Shown here: piece by piece, positions 1-10,751 of the stretch
Layout: every line of letters starts with the position of its first letter
How positions within the stretch are numbered: position 1 is the stretch's first letter
NCBI GenBank assembly: GCA_963826525.1
Contig: CAWGXH010000004.1
Span: forward strand, 288,001-352,000
Direction of reading: 5' to 3'
Length of the DNA: 64,000 nucleotides
From: an uncultured Methanomicrobiaceae archaeon
GTDB taxonomy: Archaea > Halobacteriota > Methanomicrobia > Methanomicrobiales > Methanoculleaceae
Position numbers and translations under genes: made by a program
The notes under the pieces: model-generated
The model's input: the letters and a program-made list of their open reading frames with translations, nothing else
The model's database searches: none
Told to the model about the DNA's origin: nothing

Positions 1-566
1 GCCTCCGGTTCCGCCATGCCGTTCTGATGACCGCCGGGGCGCTGATCGGGAGTTTCATCAATATCCCATTGATACCGTACCAGGGGAACATAATAGCGGT
101 CAACGTCGGCGGATGTGTCATCCCGCTCGTCATCACCTTCGAGCTCGTCGCGAAGCACCAGGTCGTCTTCTCCCGGGTGCTCGCCGCCATCATCGCGGTA
201 TCTGCCGTTACCTTCATCTTCGCCACGCCCGTCCCCGGCATCGGGATCACCATGCCGTTTTACATCGCCCCCCTGGCAGGAGCAACAGCAGGACTCCTCC
301 TCGCCCGGGGATGCGGCGGCGCACCGGCGCTCGCCTACGCCGGCGGAACGGTCGGGACGCTCATCGGGGCGGATCTCCTCAACCTCGCAAACCCCCTCGT
401 CCTGGCATCCCTCACGGTCGCCACCGGCACGGTGCTCTCCATAGGCGGGGCCGGGATATTCGACGGCATCTTCATAACGGGCATCGCCGCCGTGTTCCTC
501 GCCGCTTTTTTCGGCAGGAGAATCAGGAAATTAAAAAAGGGCGGGTGCCCGGACGAAGAGATCTGA
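1..566 (+). CDS. DUF1614-family membrane protein (5' end probably outside the window)
   Basis: Hydrophobic ORF with IAVNVGGCVIP, GTLIGADLLNL and SIGGAGIFDGIF motifs typical of DUF1614. Confidence 0.8.
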   Translation, partial: LRFRHAVLMTAGALIGSFINIPLIPYQGNIIAVNVGGCVIPLVITFELVAKHQVVFSRVLAAIIAVSAVTFIFATPVPGIGITMPFYIAPLAGATAGLLLARGCGGAPALAYAGGTVGTLIGADLLNLANPLVLASLTVATGTVLSIGGAGIFDGIFITGIAAVFLAAFFGRRIRKLKKGGCPDEEI

Positions 567-576
567 ACCGCGGCAT

Positions 577-2393
577 TCACCGGTGGTCGAAGAACTTCCG
601 GATCCAGAGCTCGGCGCAGACGATCCGCCAGAGCTCGGTCGAGTAGACCGCCCGTCCGTCGAGGAACTCCCGGTAGTTTGCAGAGACCGCGTCCGCATCC
701 CAGTATGGCCGCTCGTTAAACGACGGCGATGCGAAGATCGCCAGTATCTCGTCCTTCAGATCTTCCTTCATCCAGACCTCTTCCGGCGTGACGAAACCCA
801 TCTTATCCATCCTGCAGCGTATCGCATCGGGGACGAGCCCGCGTATCGCCGAGCGGAGCACGTACTTCGTCACGCCGCCGCGGATCTTCTGGTCGAGCGG
901 CAGGGATGCCAGGTACTCCACCAGCCGGTAATCGAGGAACGGAACCCGTGACTCGATCGAAAACGCCATGGAGTTCCGATCCTCCCAGTGGAGGAGGAGC
1001 GGGAGGTTCGTTCTGAAGAGCTCCCGTTTGAGCACCTCGTCGAGCGACCCCTGGTAGCGCAGGACCTCCGGCACCGCCCCCCGGATCAGGCTCCGCCGGT
1101 CCGACCGCACCAGCGTCTGCCGGAGTGCCCACGAAAAGAACCCCCGGTGATGCCGCATGCTTCCCGCCGCTTCGCGGAGAGCCTGCCGGAGATACCCGTC
1201 CCGAAGGAGACCCCGGATGTAGGAGGTCTGGTAGGCAATATACCCGCCGAGCCTGCTCGTCGGCGCCCTGGCCGTCGAGCACCACCTTCACCTCCTCCCG
1301 GGCAAGCCGCATAACGCAGGTACTGGGCATAGATTGAGAGCGACGCAAAGGGTTCGTCCTGCATGTACAGCAGGTGGTCGATATCGTCCCAGAGGTGGGC
1401 GGGGTCGGGGCTCGTCCGGTGACCGGTAGCCCCCGTCGCCCCCACGGCCACGTCGATGAACCTGCTCTCCGAGAAACGCGGATCGTCGAAGCAGACCGAG
1501 AAGGTCTTCTGCATCTCGCCGATGCTTGCGGGACTCTCGGCACGGAGGAACTCGTTGATCAGCACCACCAGGGTCGAGGAGTCGATGCCGCCCGAGAGGC
1601 AGGTGCCGACCGGGACGTCGCTCCTGAGGCGGAGGCGCACCGCATCGGTCAGCAGCAGCCGGAGGTTCTCCGCCGCCGCCTCGTCGGAGATCCCGGAAGA
1701 CGGCTCAGGGTTCATGGCGACGTCCCAGTAGCAGAACGGCTCCGGAGCCCCGTCCGGGCGGACGACGAGCGCGTGCGCGGGCGGCAACTGCAGAATCCCG
1801 GAGAAGAGCGTCTCGGCAGTGTGATCGGCAACCCCCCAGGCGAGGAACGTCATCAGCGCCGGGACGTTCGGCTCCCGCCCGGCGCCAGGGTGGGCGAGCA
1901 GCGCCTTTATCTCGGAGGCGAAGAGGAACGAGCCGTCCAGGGCGGTGTAGTAGAAGGGTTTGACGCCCAGGCGGTCCCGGGCGCAGAAGAGCTCCTCCCG
2001 TCCCGCATCCCAGAGGGCGAACGCCCACATCCCGTTGAACCGCTGCAGGCAGTCTCTGCCCCACTCCTCGTAGGCGTGGAGGATCACCTCGGTATCGGAC
2101 GAAGAGGAGAACCGGTGCCCGAGCCGGCGGAGCTCGTCCCGGAGCTCCGGGTAGTTGTAGATCTCGCCATTGAAGACCAGCCGGAGAGAGCCGTCCTCGT
2201 TCTGCATCGGCTGGGCGCCGTCGTCCGAGAGATCGATGATGGCGAGACGGCGATGGGCAAGCCCGATCCGCCCGTCCAGGTACAGGCCGTCCCCATCCGG
2301 CCCGCGATGCGCGAGGCGGGCCGACATGCTCCGGACGAGGTCAGGGTCGGCCTGCCCCGACGACAGCGCGAACTCTCCGGCAATCCCACACAT
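577..2393 (-). CDS. asnB: Asparagine synthase (glutamine-hydrolysing) family; two frameshifts near 1320 and 1255
   Basis: N-terminal MCGIAG, HRGPD, HRRLAIID, FNGEIYNY, LSGGIDSS, LDGQGADEQ, and C-terminal EDRNSMAFSIESRVPFLD spread over three frames. Confidence 0.9.
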
Positions 2394-2529
2394 TGGATAT
2401 CAGTTAACGGTCAACGCTCATGAACGCTCTGGTCACACCGGCAGAGGGCGGGTGCTCCCCTGCAGGCGGTCGCGGAAGAGAAAAGAGGAAAAACAGGGTG
2501 CTCCCGAACCTCCGCAGGGACCGGGGCGG

Positions 2530-2976
2530 TCAGTCAGAGCAGGTCTTCTTCAGCCCGACCCCGTTGAGGTCGCAGGGAGGGCATCCTTCCCCCTGCCCGT
2601 TGACCACCCGGTACGCATCCGCGAGCACCGCAGAGTTCGAGAGGAGGCCGGCGATCAGAATGACCTCGAGGATCTCCGCCCGGGTCGCGCCCTTCGAGAG
2701 AGCCGCCTGCATATGGTACTCCACGCAGTGGCTGCATTTGAGGGCGGCGCCGGCGGCGAGGCTGATCAGCTCGATCATCTTCGGCTCGAGCTGGCTCGTC
2801 TCCGTGATCGCACTTTTATAGAGCAGGTGCGAGATGAGTATCTCCGGCCGTTCGCTCATCCGCTCAAAGATCAGCGGGACTCTCCCATATTCGTCCTCGA
2901 TATCGTGGAGCCATTCCCGGGCGATGGCCTCAGTGCCCCGCTCGCCAATGGTATTGAGAATCTTTTCGAAATCCAT
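2530..2976 (-). CDS. Carboxymuconolactone decarboxylase/AhpD-family protein with CxxC
   Basis: ELISLAAGAALKCSHCVEYHMQAALSKGATRAEILE; ATG at 2976 lies 5 bp after the mmp7 stop. Confidence 0.85.
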   Translation of the reverse strand: MDFEKILNTIGERGTEAIAREWLHDIEDEYGRVPLIFERMSERPEILISHLLYKSAITETSQLEPKMIELISLAAGAALKCSHCVEYHMQAALSKGATRAEILEVILIAGLLSNSAVLADAYRVVNGQGEGCPPCDLNGVGLKKTCSD

Positions 2977-2981
2977 CGCTG

Positions 2982-3924
2982 CTACACCATGATCCGGGTT
3001 TCTGAGACAGGTTTGATCCGTATCAATATGTAATTGCGCATTCGTGACGGGAGAACCTCGGCGACGTCCCCGACGGTCACGCCGTCGGCGATCTCGAGCG
3101 CACGGATATCGTCTGCGTAGGACTCGTACGGCAGTTTCACCCGGAGGCCCGAGAGTTGGGCGGTCACCGGCGTCGGATGGGTCAGGAAGGTCACCTCGTG
3201 GATCTTCTCCTCGAGGATCTCCATCAGCCGCGGCGGGAAGATCGAGAGCGGGTCCTTCGCGAGCTCGTCCCGCTTCGCATCGAGCGCCCGCGAGACCTCC
3301 TCGACCAGCTCGTCGAGTTTCCGGAGTTCCTCCGGCCGCTTGAACCGGTGCATAATCCGGCCGATATCGCCGACGTACCCCTCGACGGGCGGATCGGCGA
3401 TCCCCATCAGCGTCTCCCGGTCGGGAGCCCCGGTGAGGACGATCGGCACGTGGATACCCCGCCGGAGCACCGGAAACTTCTGCCGGATGCACTCCTCGAA
3501 GGTCCCGAGAACGTATACGGCGAGGTCGTGCTCGTTGATGACGTCACGCTCCTCGGCGTTCAGGTTGGCGATCCGCTTGCCGAACCCCCGTGCAAGCCCG
3601 ACCATGTTGGTCTTGGCACCGGCCCGGCGGAGATACTCGGCGATATCGCACGAGGTATGCGGGAGGTGATGGATCTCGAGACTCGGGCTGACGACGGCGA
3701 TCTCGGTGCCGACGAGCGGCGCCTCGGTGACCTCGCCTGCCAGGGGCTTTGCGATCCGGCGGATCAGGCTCGACGTCGTCCCGGGGCACGAAAGACTGGA
3801 GCACCACCTCCTGCGCCATCAGATGTTTCTGCACGATATACCCGCCGATATCGTCGATCAGGTCCACGATCTCGTCGTGCCGGTAGACGCCGCCCTTGTA
3901 GGTGATCGGGACGAGGGTCGTCAC
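2982..3924 (-). CDS. mmp7: Methanogenesis marker protein 7 (frameshift near 3770)
   Basis: YKGGVYRHDEIVDLIDDIGG N-terminus; MVGLARGFGKRIA; position in the marker operon. Confidence 0.85.
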
Positions 3925-4507
3925 AGGCTCTCCCCCATCAGGGCGAACTTCTCGGCGACGAGGGTCTCCACGACATCGTCGGGCAGCGTATCCTCGCTCG
4001 CCACATAGTAAAACTTCGTGCTCTTCACGTACTGGCGCCGCACCTTGAACCCCTCCGGAGCAATATACTGCAGGGCGTAGATGACGTCCTGGTAGATAGA
4101 GTGTCACTCGGGTCCGCCACCACCAGATCCTCGATCTTCTCTTCCTGGAACCCTTCTGCAGGAAGAATGATGGTGAACCGGTCGGGCTGTTCGACGTGCT
4201 CCTTGCCGAACTTCACCCAGAGGAGGGTGAGCAGCGGGGCGAGGTAGGTCTCGTCGCTGATATCGAGGACGGCTTTCCCTTCCTGAACGTTGATGTTCGC
4301 GAAGTCGTGTAGCCGCACCTGCCGCGGCAGGTGGCGGATCATTCCGACGGCGACGAAGATCGGAACCTTCGGATCGACGAAGATGTGCAGTTTTTCGATC
4401 ACCTTGATGAGATCGAGGTCCTGCAGTACGTCGGCGGCGATCCGCTTGTAGGCCTCTCCCCCTCTCCTATCGCTGCATTCGACTTCAAAGTAGTTCAGCG
4501 GCGGCAT
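3921..4507 (-). CDS. mmp17: Methanogenesis marker protein 17 (frameshift near 4100)
   Basis: DETYLAPLLTLLW...EQPDRF motif; APEGFKVR in the shifted frame; located between mmp15 and mmp7. Confidence 0.8.
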
Positions 4508-5746
4508 CTAATCCCCTTTGATGTATCCGGACGCGAGCAGCGCAGAGCCGACCGCACCGATGTACTGGGAGTTCGGCGGGACGACGATATCGATCTGCAA
4601 AAGCTCGCCCATGGCATGAACCAGCCCCTCGATCAGCGACGTCCCGCCGACCATGATCACCGGCTCCTTGATGTCGACCTCCTGGAGCTGCTGCTCGAAG
4701 ACCTGCTCGGCGACGCTGTGGCACGCGGCGGCGGCGACGTCCTCCGGCGAACTGCCTGCCGCAAGGGCGTTGACGAGGCTCTGCGTCCCAAAGACGATGC
4801 AGTAGCTGTTCATCGCTACATTCTTCGAAAATCCCTTCATGGCGAGGGGGCCGAGTTCAGTGATCTCGATGCCGAGGCGCTTCGCCGTCAGCTCGAGGAA
4901 CCGCCCGCTGGCACCGGCACAGATGCCGCCCATCGTGAACGTTCCCGGGATGCCGTCGATGACACTGATCGCCTTGTTGTCCATACCCCCGATATCGATC
5001 ACCGTCGCGGTTCCCCGCTGGTGATCGGCAAGGTAGACCGCTCCCTTCGAGTTGACGGTGAGCTCCTCCTGGATCAGGTCGGCACCGAGATGTTTCCCGA
5101 CGAGGAACCGTCCGTATCCGGTGGTCCCAATAGCCTCCACGTCCTCGCGAGAGAGCCCGGCCTCCGCAAGCGCGAGCTCGACCACCTCGTCAGCGCTCTT
5201 GAGCACCTCGGTCGTCGGGCGCCATCCCGTCCCGACGATCCGGTTGTCCCGCATGACGACGGCCTTTGTCGTGCTCGAACCGCTGTCCACCCCGAGGGTA
5301 ATCCCGGTCTGCTCTTCGCGGGCAAGAAGCGCCCGTCGCCTCGCGATGGTGGTCAGCGCCTCCATCCGGGTAAGCAGCGTGCCGGCAGTCGTCCGTTCGG
5401 TGAACGAGTAGCTGACGACGGGGAGCGTCGACTTTTCATGAATATAGCGCCGGAGCTCGTTCCTGACGATCGCGGCCTCCGCACACCGGAAACAGGTCGC
5501 AATAAAGACCGCATCCGCCTCGACCTTTCCCTCGACGAGCGCCTTTGCCCGGGCGATGGCGAGTTTCAGGTCGGCGCTCCGGACGTCGAGCCCGAACTCC
5601 TTTACCGCCAATCTGACATCGGCCAGCGCGATGTCGGGGAAGAAGATCTCCGCATCGACCGCCTCCGCCGCATCAGCGATCTCTTTCTGCACCCCGCTGT
5701 ACTCGGGGCCGCAGGAGAGCTGGGCAATCCTCACCCGCGACGTCAT
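4508..5746 (-). CDS. mmp15: Methanogenesis marker protein 15 (2-hydroxyacyl-CoA dehydratase activase-like)
   Basis: [52 protein letters not shown]. Confidence 0.92.
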   Translation of the reverse strand: MTSRVRIAQLSCGPEYSGVQKEIADAAEAVDAEIFFPDIALADVRLAVKEFGLDVRSADLKLAIARAKALVEGKVEADAVFIATCFRCAEAAIVRNELRRYIHEKSTLPVVSYSFTERTTAGTLLTRMEALTTIARRRALLAREEQTGITLGVDSGSSTTKAVVMRDNRIVGTGWRPTTEVLKSADEVVELALAEAGLSREDVEAIGTTGYGRFLVGKHLGADLIQEELTVNSKGAVYLADHQRGTATVIDIGGMDNKAISVIDGIPGTFTMGGICAGASGRFLELTAKRLGIEITELGPLAMKGFSKNVAMNSYCIVFGTQSLVNALAAGSSPEDVAAAACHSVAEQVFEQQLQEVDIKEPVIMVGGTSLIEGLVHAMGELLQIDIVVPPNSQYIGAVGSALLASGYIKGD

Positions 5747-6195
5747 TTCTCTTCCTCCTTCGGGAGGCCTGCCAGGAAATCCCTGATAGCGGCGACGAAG
5801 CGCACCCCTTCCTCATCGGTCCCCGGGTACTCCACCTCGAGGATGGGGATATCCTTCTGGCGGAGGGTGAAGAGGATCAGTTCGTCGGTCCGGGCGCATC
5901 CCATGCACCCGAACGCGAGATCGGCGTCGGTGACGATGATCGCGGCCTCCGCCTCCTCGAGGAGCGGGCCGTACACCGACATCCTGCCCCGGACACCCGA
6001 CGGCACCTCGACGGCCGCATACTTCAGCCCTTTCTTCGGGTCTTCGGGAGTGATCTGGAGGGGCGGGGATTCGACGCCGGCGGTCTGGATACGCTCCCGG
6101 ATAGAGAGCGCGGCGCCGAGTGGCCGGTGGCCGAACCGTGCCACCAGGTCGGAGAGGATCAGACTCGTTGCAGGATAAATAAACACCTTGGCCAT
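5743..6195 (-). CDS. mmp5: Methanogenesis marker protein 5
   Basis: [17 protein letters not shown] and FGCMGCART. Confidence 0.92.
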   Translation of the reverse strand: MAKVFIYPATSLILSDLVARFGHRPLGAALSIRERIQTAGVESPPLQITPEDPKKGLKYAAVEVPSGVRGRMSVYGPLLEEAEAAIIVTDADLAFGCMGCARTDELILFTLRQKDIPILEVEYPGTDEEGVRFVAAIRDFLAGLPKEEEK

Positions 6196-6199
6196 ATCT

Positions 6200-6663
6200 T
6201 CAGGACTCCTCTGCTTCTTCGATCAACTCTTTGAGTTTTTTGATAGTCAATAACGATCGCATCTCCTGTCGCGCGGGCTCTTCTGCAGGCTCTCGAACTC
6301 CTTCCTTCCCGAGCACCTCGAGGCCGTGGGAGACATACCGGAGCAGGGGAAACTCGGCCTCGTGGCCGAGATAGCCGGGCCTCGCTCCGCCGAGGTTCGC
6401 CCGGCAGCGACGCGGGTCGCCGGGGGGAACCCCCGGTCCTTGACGAAGATATGCGCGGGATCGAACGTGCGGATCGTCCGGATGAGCCGGTCGACGTCTT
6501 CCGGCTTCCCCGTGACCTGCAGGCCGAAACAGGTCTCTTTGATCATGACGCCTTCCGAGACCTCGTACGCCCGGAGCGCGAGAGCGGAGGGCGTCATCGT
6601 CGGGGACTCGACGAAGACGTACTTGGTGACGGTGCCCACGAGACGGGGCGTATAGTCGGCCAT
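6200..6663 (-). CDS. mmp6: Methanogenesis marker protein 6 (frameshift near 6420)
   Basis: IKETCFG; KDRGFPP continues as GDPRRCRANLGGARPG in the next frame. Confidence 0.88.
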
Positions 6664-8181
6664 TCATCTCACCTCCCTGATATAGACCATCGAGCCGTCT
6701 TTGAGGCCTGCAAGTTTCTCGACCTCCGTGACGGTCCCGATGATGTTGGTGCCGGAGAACGGCTCGGACGTCGGCCCGAACTCGGTGTTCGGCGTCGTGC
6801 GCACCCCGACCATTCCGGAGCCTTTCCGCGAGTCGTTCGTCATCGCAAGGGTATTCTCGGGAACAACCCCTTCCGGGACATTCTCCGGGATGATGCCGAC
6901 ACCCCGTGCGATCGAGGGCTTGAAGAGGTAGACGTCCTCGAATTTGAAGTAGAACGGGATCTTCCCGACGGAGTGGTGTTTCAGCCCCGAGACCTCCCTG
7001 AAGATGGCGCACGTCAGGGGAGCATGCTCGTCATCGAGCCGGACGCCGATCACCTGACCGAAAGGCTTTGTCGCAACCTGCACCTCTCTTTTCGCCAGCA
7101 CCTCGAGCGTCGTCGTCGGCCGCTGGTCGACCACGACGCGGTCGCCATCCGCTTCGTCTGCGGTGATCCGGATGCCCCGTTCCTCCGCAGCGGCACGCGC
7201 CTCGAGAAGCGTCCTGCCGATGAGATCGAGCTTCTGCGGAGTAACCCGGATACAGAGCAGGTCGCCCTCCGCAGCAACCCTCGCAAGCTCGAGGCCGTGC
7301 GTGACCCGGGCAACCACGGTATGTGCGGGGCTCGCCGGAGCGTCATTTGTATAGATGTAGACCGCTCCTTCCGACTTCCCGGCCGTCCGCACGGTGACGC
7401 TGCCTGCCCGGCGTGCGGAGGTCTGCTCCGCAGGCACTTTCGTCCTTGCCAGCCGTTCGTCGCGGATATGCGTGCTGCCGGACCGCCCTACGGAGAAATG
7501 GCCGTCCCGCAGCGCAAGGAGGAGATGCTCGACGCTCTTCGCCGTATCGGTATCGATACCGTCGGTCGTAAACCCTTCCGCCTCCGCCTCCACGCGGCTG
7601 ACGACATGCATACCGTCTTCGAGGACGACGCTGCCGTCGGTCGTCGTTATCGCCCGGGATCGGTCAACCTGGCTCTGAATGCGGTCGATGCTGAGAATCC
7701 GGTCGCCTTCCTTCCAGGCATCGAGGACGCTCTTGCCGCTGACGACCCGCCCGACGATACCTCCGTCCGCCGGAGCGCCGTGGTCGGCCGTATGGCGCAT
7801 CCTCGAGAATATCAGATAGGATCTCGCCGGGTCGTACCCGCCGCACCCGAGGATGACGTCGCCCCGTTCATAGCGGTACGGACGGCGTGCCGGGGAGATT
7901 GTCGATACGAACGGCCCGAACGCCGCCGCGTACCGGTCGGCCCAGCGGAGATCGAGTGCCTGCCCGGCATCACCCTCCGGCAGGCGGTACGCGCTCCCGC
8001 TCCCCTCCACGATTACCTCGCCGGCCGTCGAGACGATGCGGAGCTGTGCGGTCTCCGCGGCATCCTCACGGGCGGGACGGATAACGGCGATGGTGCACCG
8101 CGAGTCCCGATCCGGGAGGAGATCGGAGAGAAGAGTGCCTTCCGGAACGACCCGCCGGTCTCCATCGAGATGGACCTCCAT
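6664..8181 (-). CDS. mmp3: Methanogenesis marker protein 3 (cyclophilin-like fold)
   Basis: 505 aa; C-terminal AMTNDSRKGSGMVGVR...FGPTSEPFSGTNIIG. Confidence 0.9.
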   Translation of the reverse strand: MEVHLDGDRRVVPEGTLLSDLLPDRDSRCTIAVIRPAREDAAETAQLRIVSTAGEVIVEGSGSAYRLPEGDAGQALDLRWADRYAAAFGPFVSTISPARRPYRYERGDVILGCGGYDPARSYLIFSRMRHTADHGAPADGGIVGRVVSGKSVLDAWKEGDRILSIDRIQSQVDRSRAITTTDGSVVLEDGMHVVSRVEAEAEGFTTDGIDTDTAKSVEHLLLALRDGHFSVGRSGSTHIRDERLARTKVPAEQTSARRAGSVTVRTAGKSEGAVYIYTNDAPASPAHTVVARVTHGLELARVAAEGDLLCIRVTPQKLDLIGRTLLEARAAAEERGIRITADEADGDRVVVDQRPTTTLEVLAKREVQVATKPFGQVIGVRLDDEHAPLTCAIFREVSGLKHHSVGKIPFYFKFEDVYLFKPSIARGVGIIPENVPEGVVPENTLAMTNDSRKGSGMVGVRTTPNTEFGPTSEPFSGTNIIGTVTEVEKLAGLKDGSMVYIREVR

Positions 8182-8193
8182 CGGTCTCCTGCC

Positions 8194-9804
8194 TCACGGG
8201 GCTGCGCTGCCCATCACTTTCCGCTCGTCTTCCGTCAGCTCGCCGAGGACCTCGGCCGTCGGCCCCATCTTGATGATCTTGCCGCCCCGCATCAGGGCGA
8301 CCCGGTCGCAGATATCTTTCACAAAGTCCATATCGTGAGATACCACGATAAATGTCTCGTCCATCTCTTCACGGGCATGCAGGATCGACTGTTTCACGTC
8401 GATCTTCGTGATCGGATCCATCGTCCCGGTCGGCTCGTCGAGGATGATCACCCTGGGCTCGCGGATCAGCACCTGCGCCAGCGCCACCCGGTGCTTCTCC
8501 CCCTCGGAGAGCTGGGCGGGATAGCGGCCGAGGATCGTTCTGCTCTTCTCCTCGGGGAACCCGGCCATGCCGAGGGTGATGATGGCTTTTCGGAGCGCGA
8601 GCTCTTTCGGGAACTCAAGCCCGATAGCGTCGGTGAGATTATCAAGGACCGTCCGGTGCGGATAGAGATCGTACTCCTGGTGGAGAAGGCCGATATACGC
8701 CTTGGCACGCCCTCTTTTCTGGATCCCCGGCGTGGTCATATCCACCCAGTCGTCGCCGATCCTGATATTCAGCTCGCCGCTCGTGGGTTCGAGGATCCCG
8801 GAGATCATGCGGGAGAGGGTTGTCTTCCCCGCACCGCTCTTCCCGATGACGCCGAAGATCTCTTTCTCGGCGACCTCGAAGGAGACACCGTTCACCGCTT
8901 TTACGACCCCCCGGTCGACGGAGAGGTAGCGCTTGACGACGTCGCGGGCGACCATGACCTTCTCGCCGACCTCTGCAACCTGGTGCTCGGCGACATCGCT
9001 GTAGTTCTGCATGAAGCGCTGGATAACCTCTTTCGGCGTTCCGATCCTGGCAATCTCACCGTTTTCGAGAAGAATCGCGCGGTCGGCGACGTCTTCGATA
9101 ACCTTCGAGAAGTGAGAGGTGACGATCATCCCCATCTCGCTCGCCTGTGCGCTCTCGATCAGCATTCGGTGCACGAAGACCGCCGTCTCGGGATCGAGCG
9201 TTCCCGTAGGTTCATCCGCGAAGAGAAGAACCGGCTCTTTTGCGAGCTGGCGGGCGAGCACCACCCGCTGCTTCTCGCCGCCGGAGAGATCGCGGGCGAT
9301 ATGCATCATCCGGTGGGAGAGACGGACTTCGTCGATGAGATCGGCAGCTCTGCCGATCGCTTTCTCCGCCGGGTAGCCGATGTCGTCGAGGGCGTGCAGC
9401 ACATTCTCGATGACCCGGTCGTCCCCATAGAGGGCGAAGGTCCGCTGGAACATGATCGCCGTCCGGCGCATTATCCGCCGTTTCATGCCGGAGTTCTCTT
9501 CCGCCCAGAGATCGACGTCGAGAGCCTTCATCTCCCCGCCGCATTTTGGGCAGGGTTTGCTGGCATCGCTCAGGGTGCCGATGTATTCGCACTCCGTGCA
9601 GGCGGTAATATGGTAAATAATCTGACCGCTCGTCGGGGGTTGATCGACACCACGCATCAGGTGCATAAGAACGGTTTTACCGGACCCGCTCCTGCCGATA
9701 ATCCCTACAATCTCCCCCTCTGCAATCTCAAAACTTATATCTTTCAGTGCAGTATTCCCATTGAAATCCATGCAGAGGTTTTTTACTGTGATTAATGGGT
9801 TCAT
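8194..9804 (-). CDS. atwA: Methyl-coenzyme M reductase system component A2 (dual ABC ATPase)
   Basis: Two Walker A motifs (GRSGSGKT, GKSGAGKT), CxxC...CPxCG insert, HRMMHIARDLSGGEKQR. Confidence 0.95.
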   Translation of the reverse strand: MNPLITVKNLCMDFNGNTALKDISFEIAEGEIVGIIGRSGSGKTVLMHLMRGVDQPPTSGQIIYHITACTECEYIGTLSDASKPCPKCGGEMKALDVDLWAEENSGMKRRIMRRTAIMFQRTFALYGDDRVIENVLHALDDIGYPAEKAIGRAADLIDEVRLSHRMMHIARDLSGGEKQRVVLARQLAKEPVLLFADEPTGTLDPETAVFVHRMLIESAQASEMGMIVTSHFSKVIEDVADRAILLENGEIARIGTPKEVIQRFMQNYSDVAEHQVAEVGEKVMVARDVVKRYLSVDRGVVKAVNGVSFEVAEKEIFGVIGKSGAGKTTLSRMISGILEPTSGELNIRIGDDWVDMTTPGIQKRGRAKAYIGLLHQEYDLYPHRTVLDNLTDAIGLEFPKELALRKAIITLGMAGFPEEKSRTILGRYPAQLSEGEKHRVALAQVLIREPRVIILDEPTGTMDPITKIDVKQSILHAREEMDETFIVVSHDMDFVKDICDRVALMRGGKIIKMGPTAEVLGELTEDERKVMGSAAP

Positions 9805-9852
9805 CGCAAGCTCCTCGTTACAACTACTGTGGCGGTCGTATCATATTATGGT

Positions 9853-10692
9853 TTATATTGTACCACTATCGGGAAACGAACCATCGTCGAGCAACCCTCT
9901 GACGATACCGGGAACCTCCGTCACATTCCCGATGACGTAGTCTACGTTGAGATAGAGCACCTCCGGCTTCGTATCCGACTGCTGCTCCGAAAGGACGGCG
10001 ACATCCGCCGCCTTGAAGGCGTGCAGATCGTTGATGGCATCACCGACCATGACGACCACATCGTAGCGTTTCCGAAGGTCCTCGACGATCTGCGCCTTTA
10101 TCGACGGGGTCGCAACGCCGTAGACGCGCTCGCGGGGAATGCCGAGGTAGTCTCCCATCTTCTCAAGTTTTGCAACGCGGTCGCCGGAGGCGATGTACGC
10201 CGGAACGCCCATCCGGTGCAGATCGCTGATCGTCTCCTTCGCCCCGTCGAAGGGTTTTCCTCCCGTGGTGACGGCAAACTCGATACCGCCCAGATCCAGA
10301 TTCACGATCACCCCGGAGTTCAGCGTCACGATAGACTCCTGTTTGCAGCTGCTCCAGACCTGACGGATGCACTCCTGCAGATCACCGACACAGGCATACC
10401 GGTCGGTGTAGAGAATGTTGCCGACCTCCTCGGCAGGGATGACGCGGCAGGCGCAGGCAACCCCGAATCCGATACCCCGCTCGATGAGAAACGACGAGAG
10501 GGGCATCTCTGCGGGTGCCTCGATGACGTCGCGGGAGTGGAGATGGAGCACCACCAGCACCCGCCCCTCGGACGCAAACGTGAGCGTGGTCGTCTCCACG
10601 TCGACGAGCATCCCGCCGTTCCGGACATCGCGTGCCACCCGGAAGGTCTTCAGCAACGTTCCTGCACTATCAAAGACAACGGCAACCGACAT
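9853..10692 (-). CDS. HAD-superfamily hydrolase (soluble P-type ATPase-like)
   Basis: VVFDSAGTL, IASGDR, MVGDAIND motifs. Confidence 0.8.
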   Translation of the reverse strand: MSVAVVFDSAGTLLKTFRVARDVRNGGMLVDVETTTLTFASEGRVLVVLHLHSRDVIEAPAEMPLSSFLIERGIGFGVACACRVIPAEEVGNILYTDRYACVGDLQECIRQVWSSCKQESIVTLNSGVIVNLDLGGIEFAVTTGGKPFDGAKETISDLHRMGVPAYIASGDRVAKLEKMGDYLGIPRERVYGVATPSIKAQIVEDLRKRYDVVVMVGDAINDLHAFKAADVAVLSEQQSDTKPEVLYLNVDYVIGNVTEVPGIVRGLLDDGSFPDSGTI

Positions 10693-10751
10693 CGCTAACC
10701 CCAACGCCAATAGTTCTATCTAATATATTATCGCCTCTTCATTGAAGAGAT

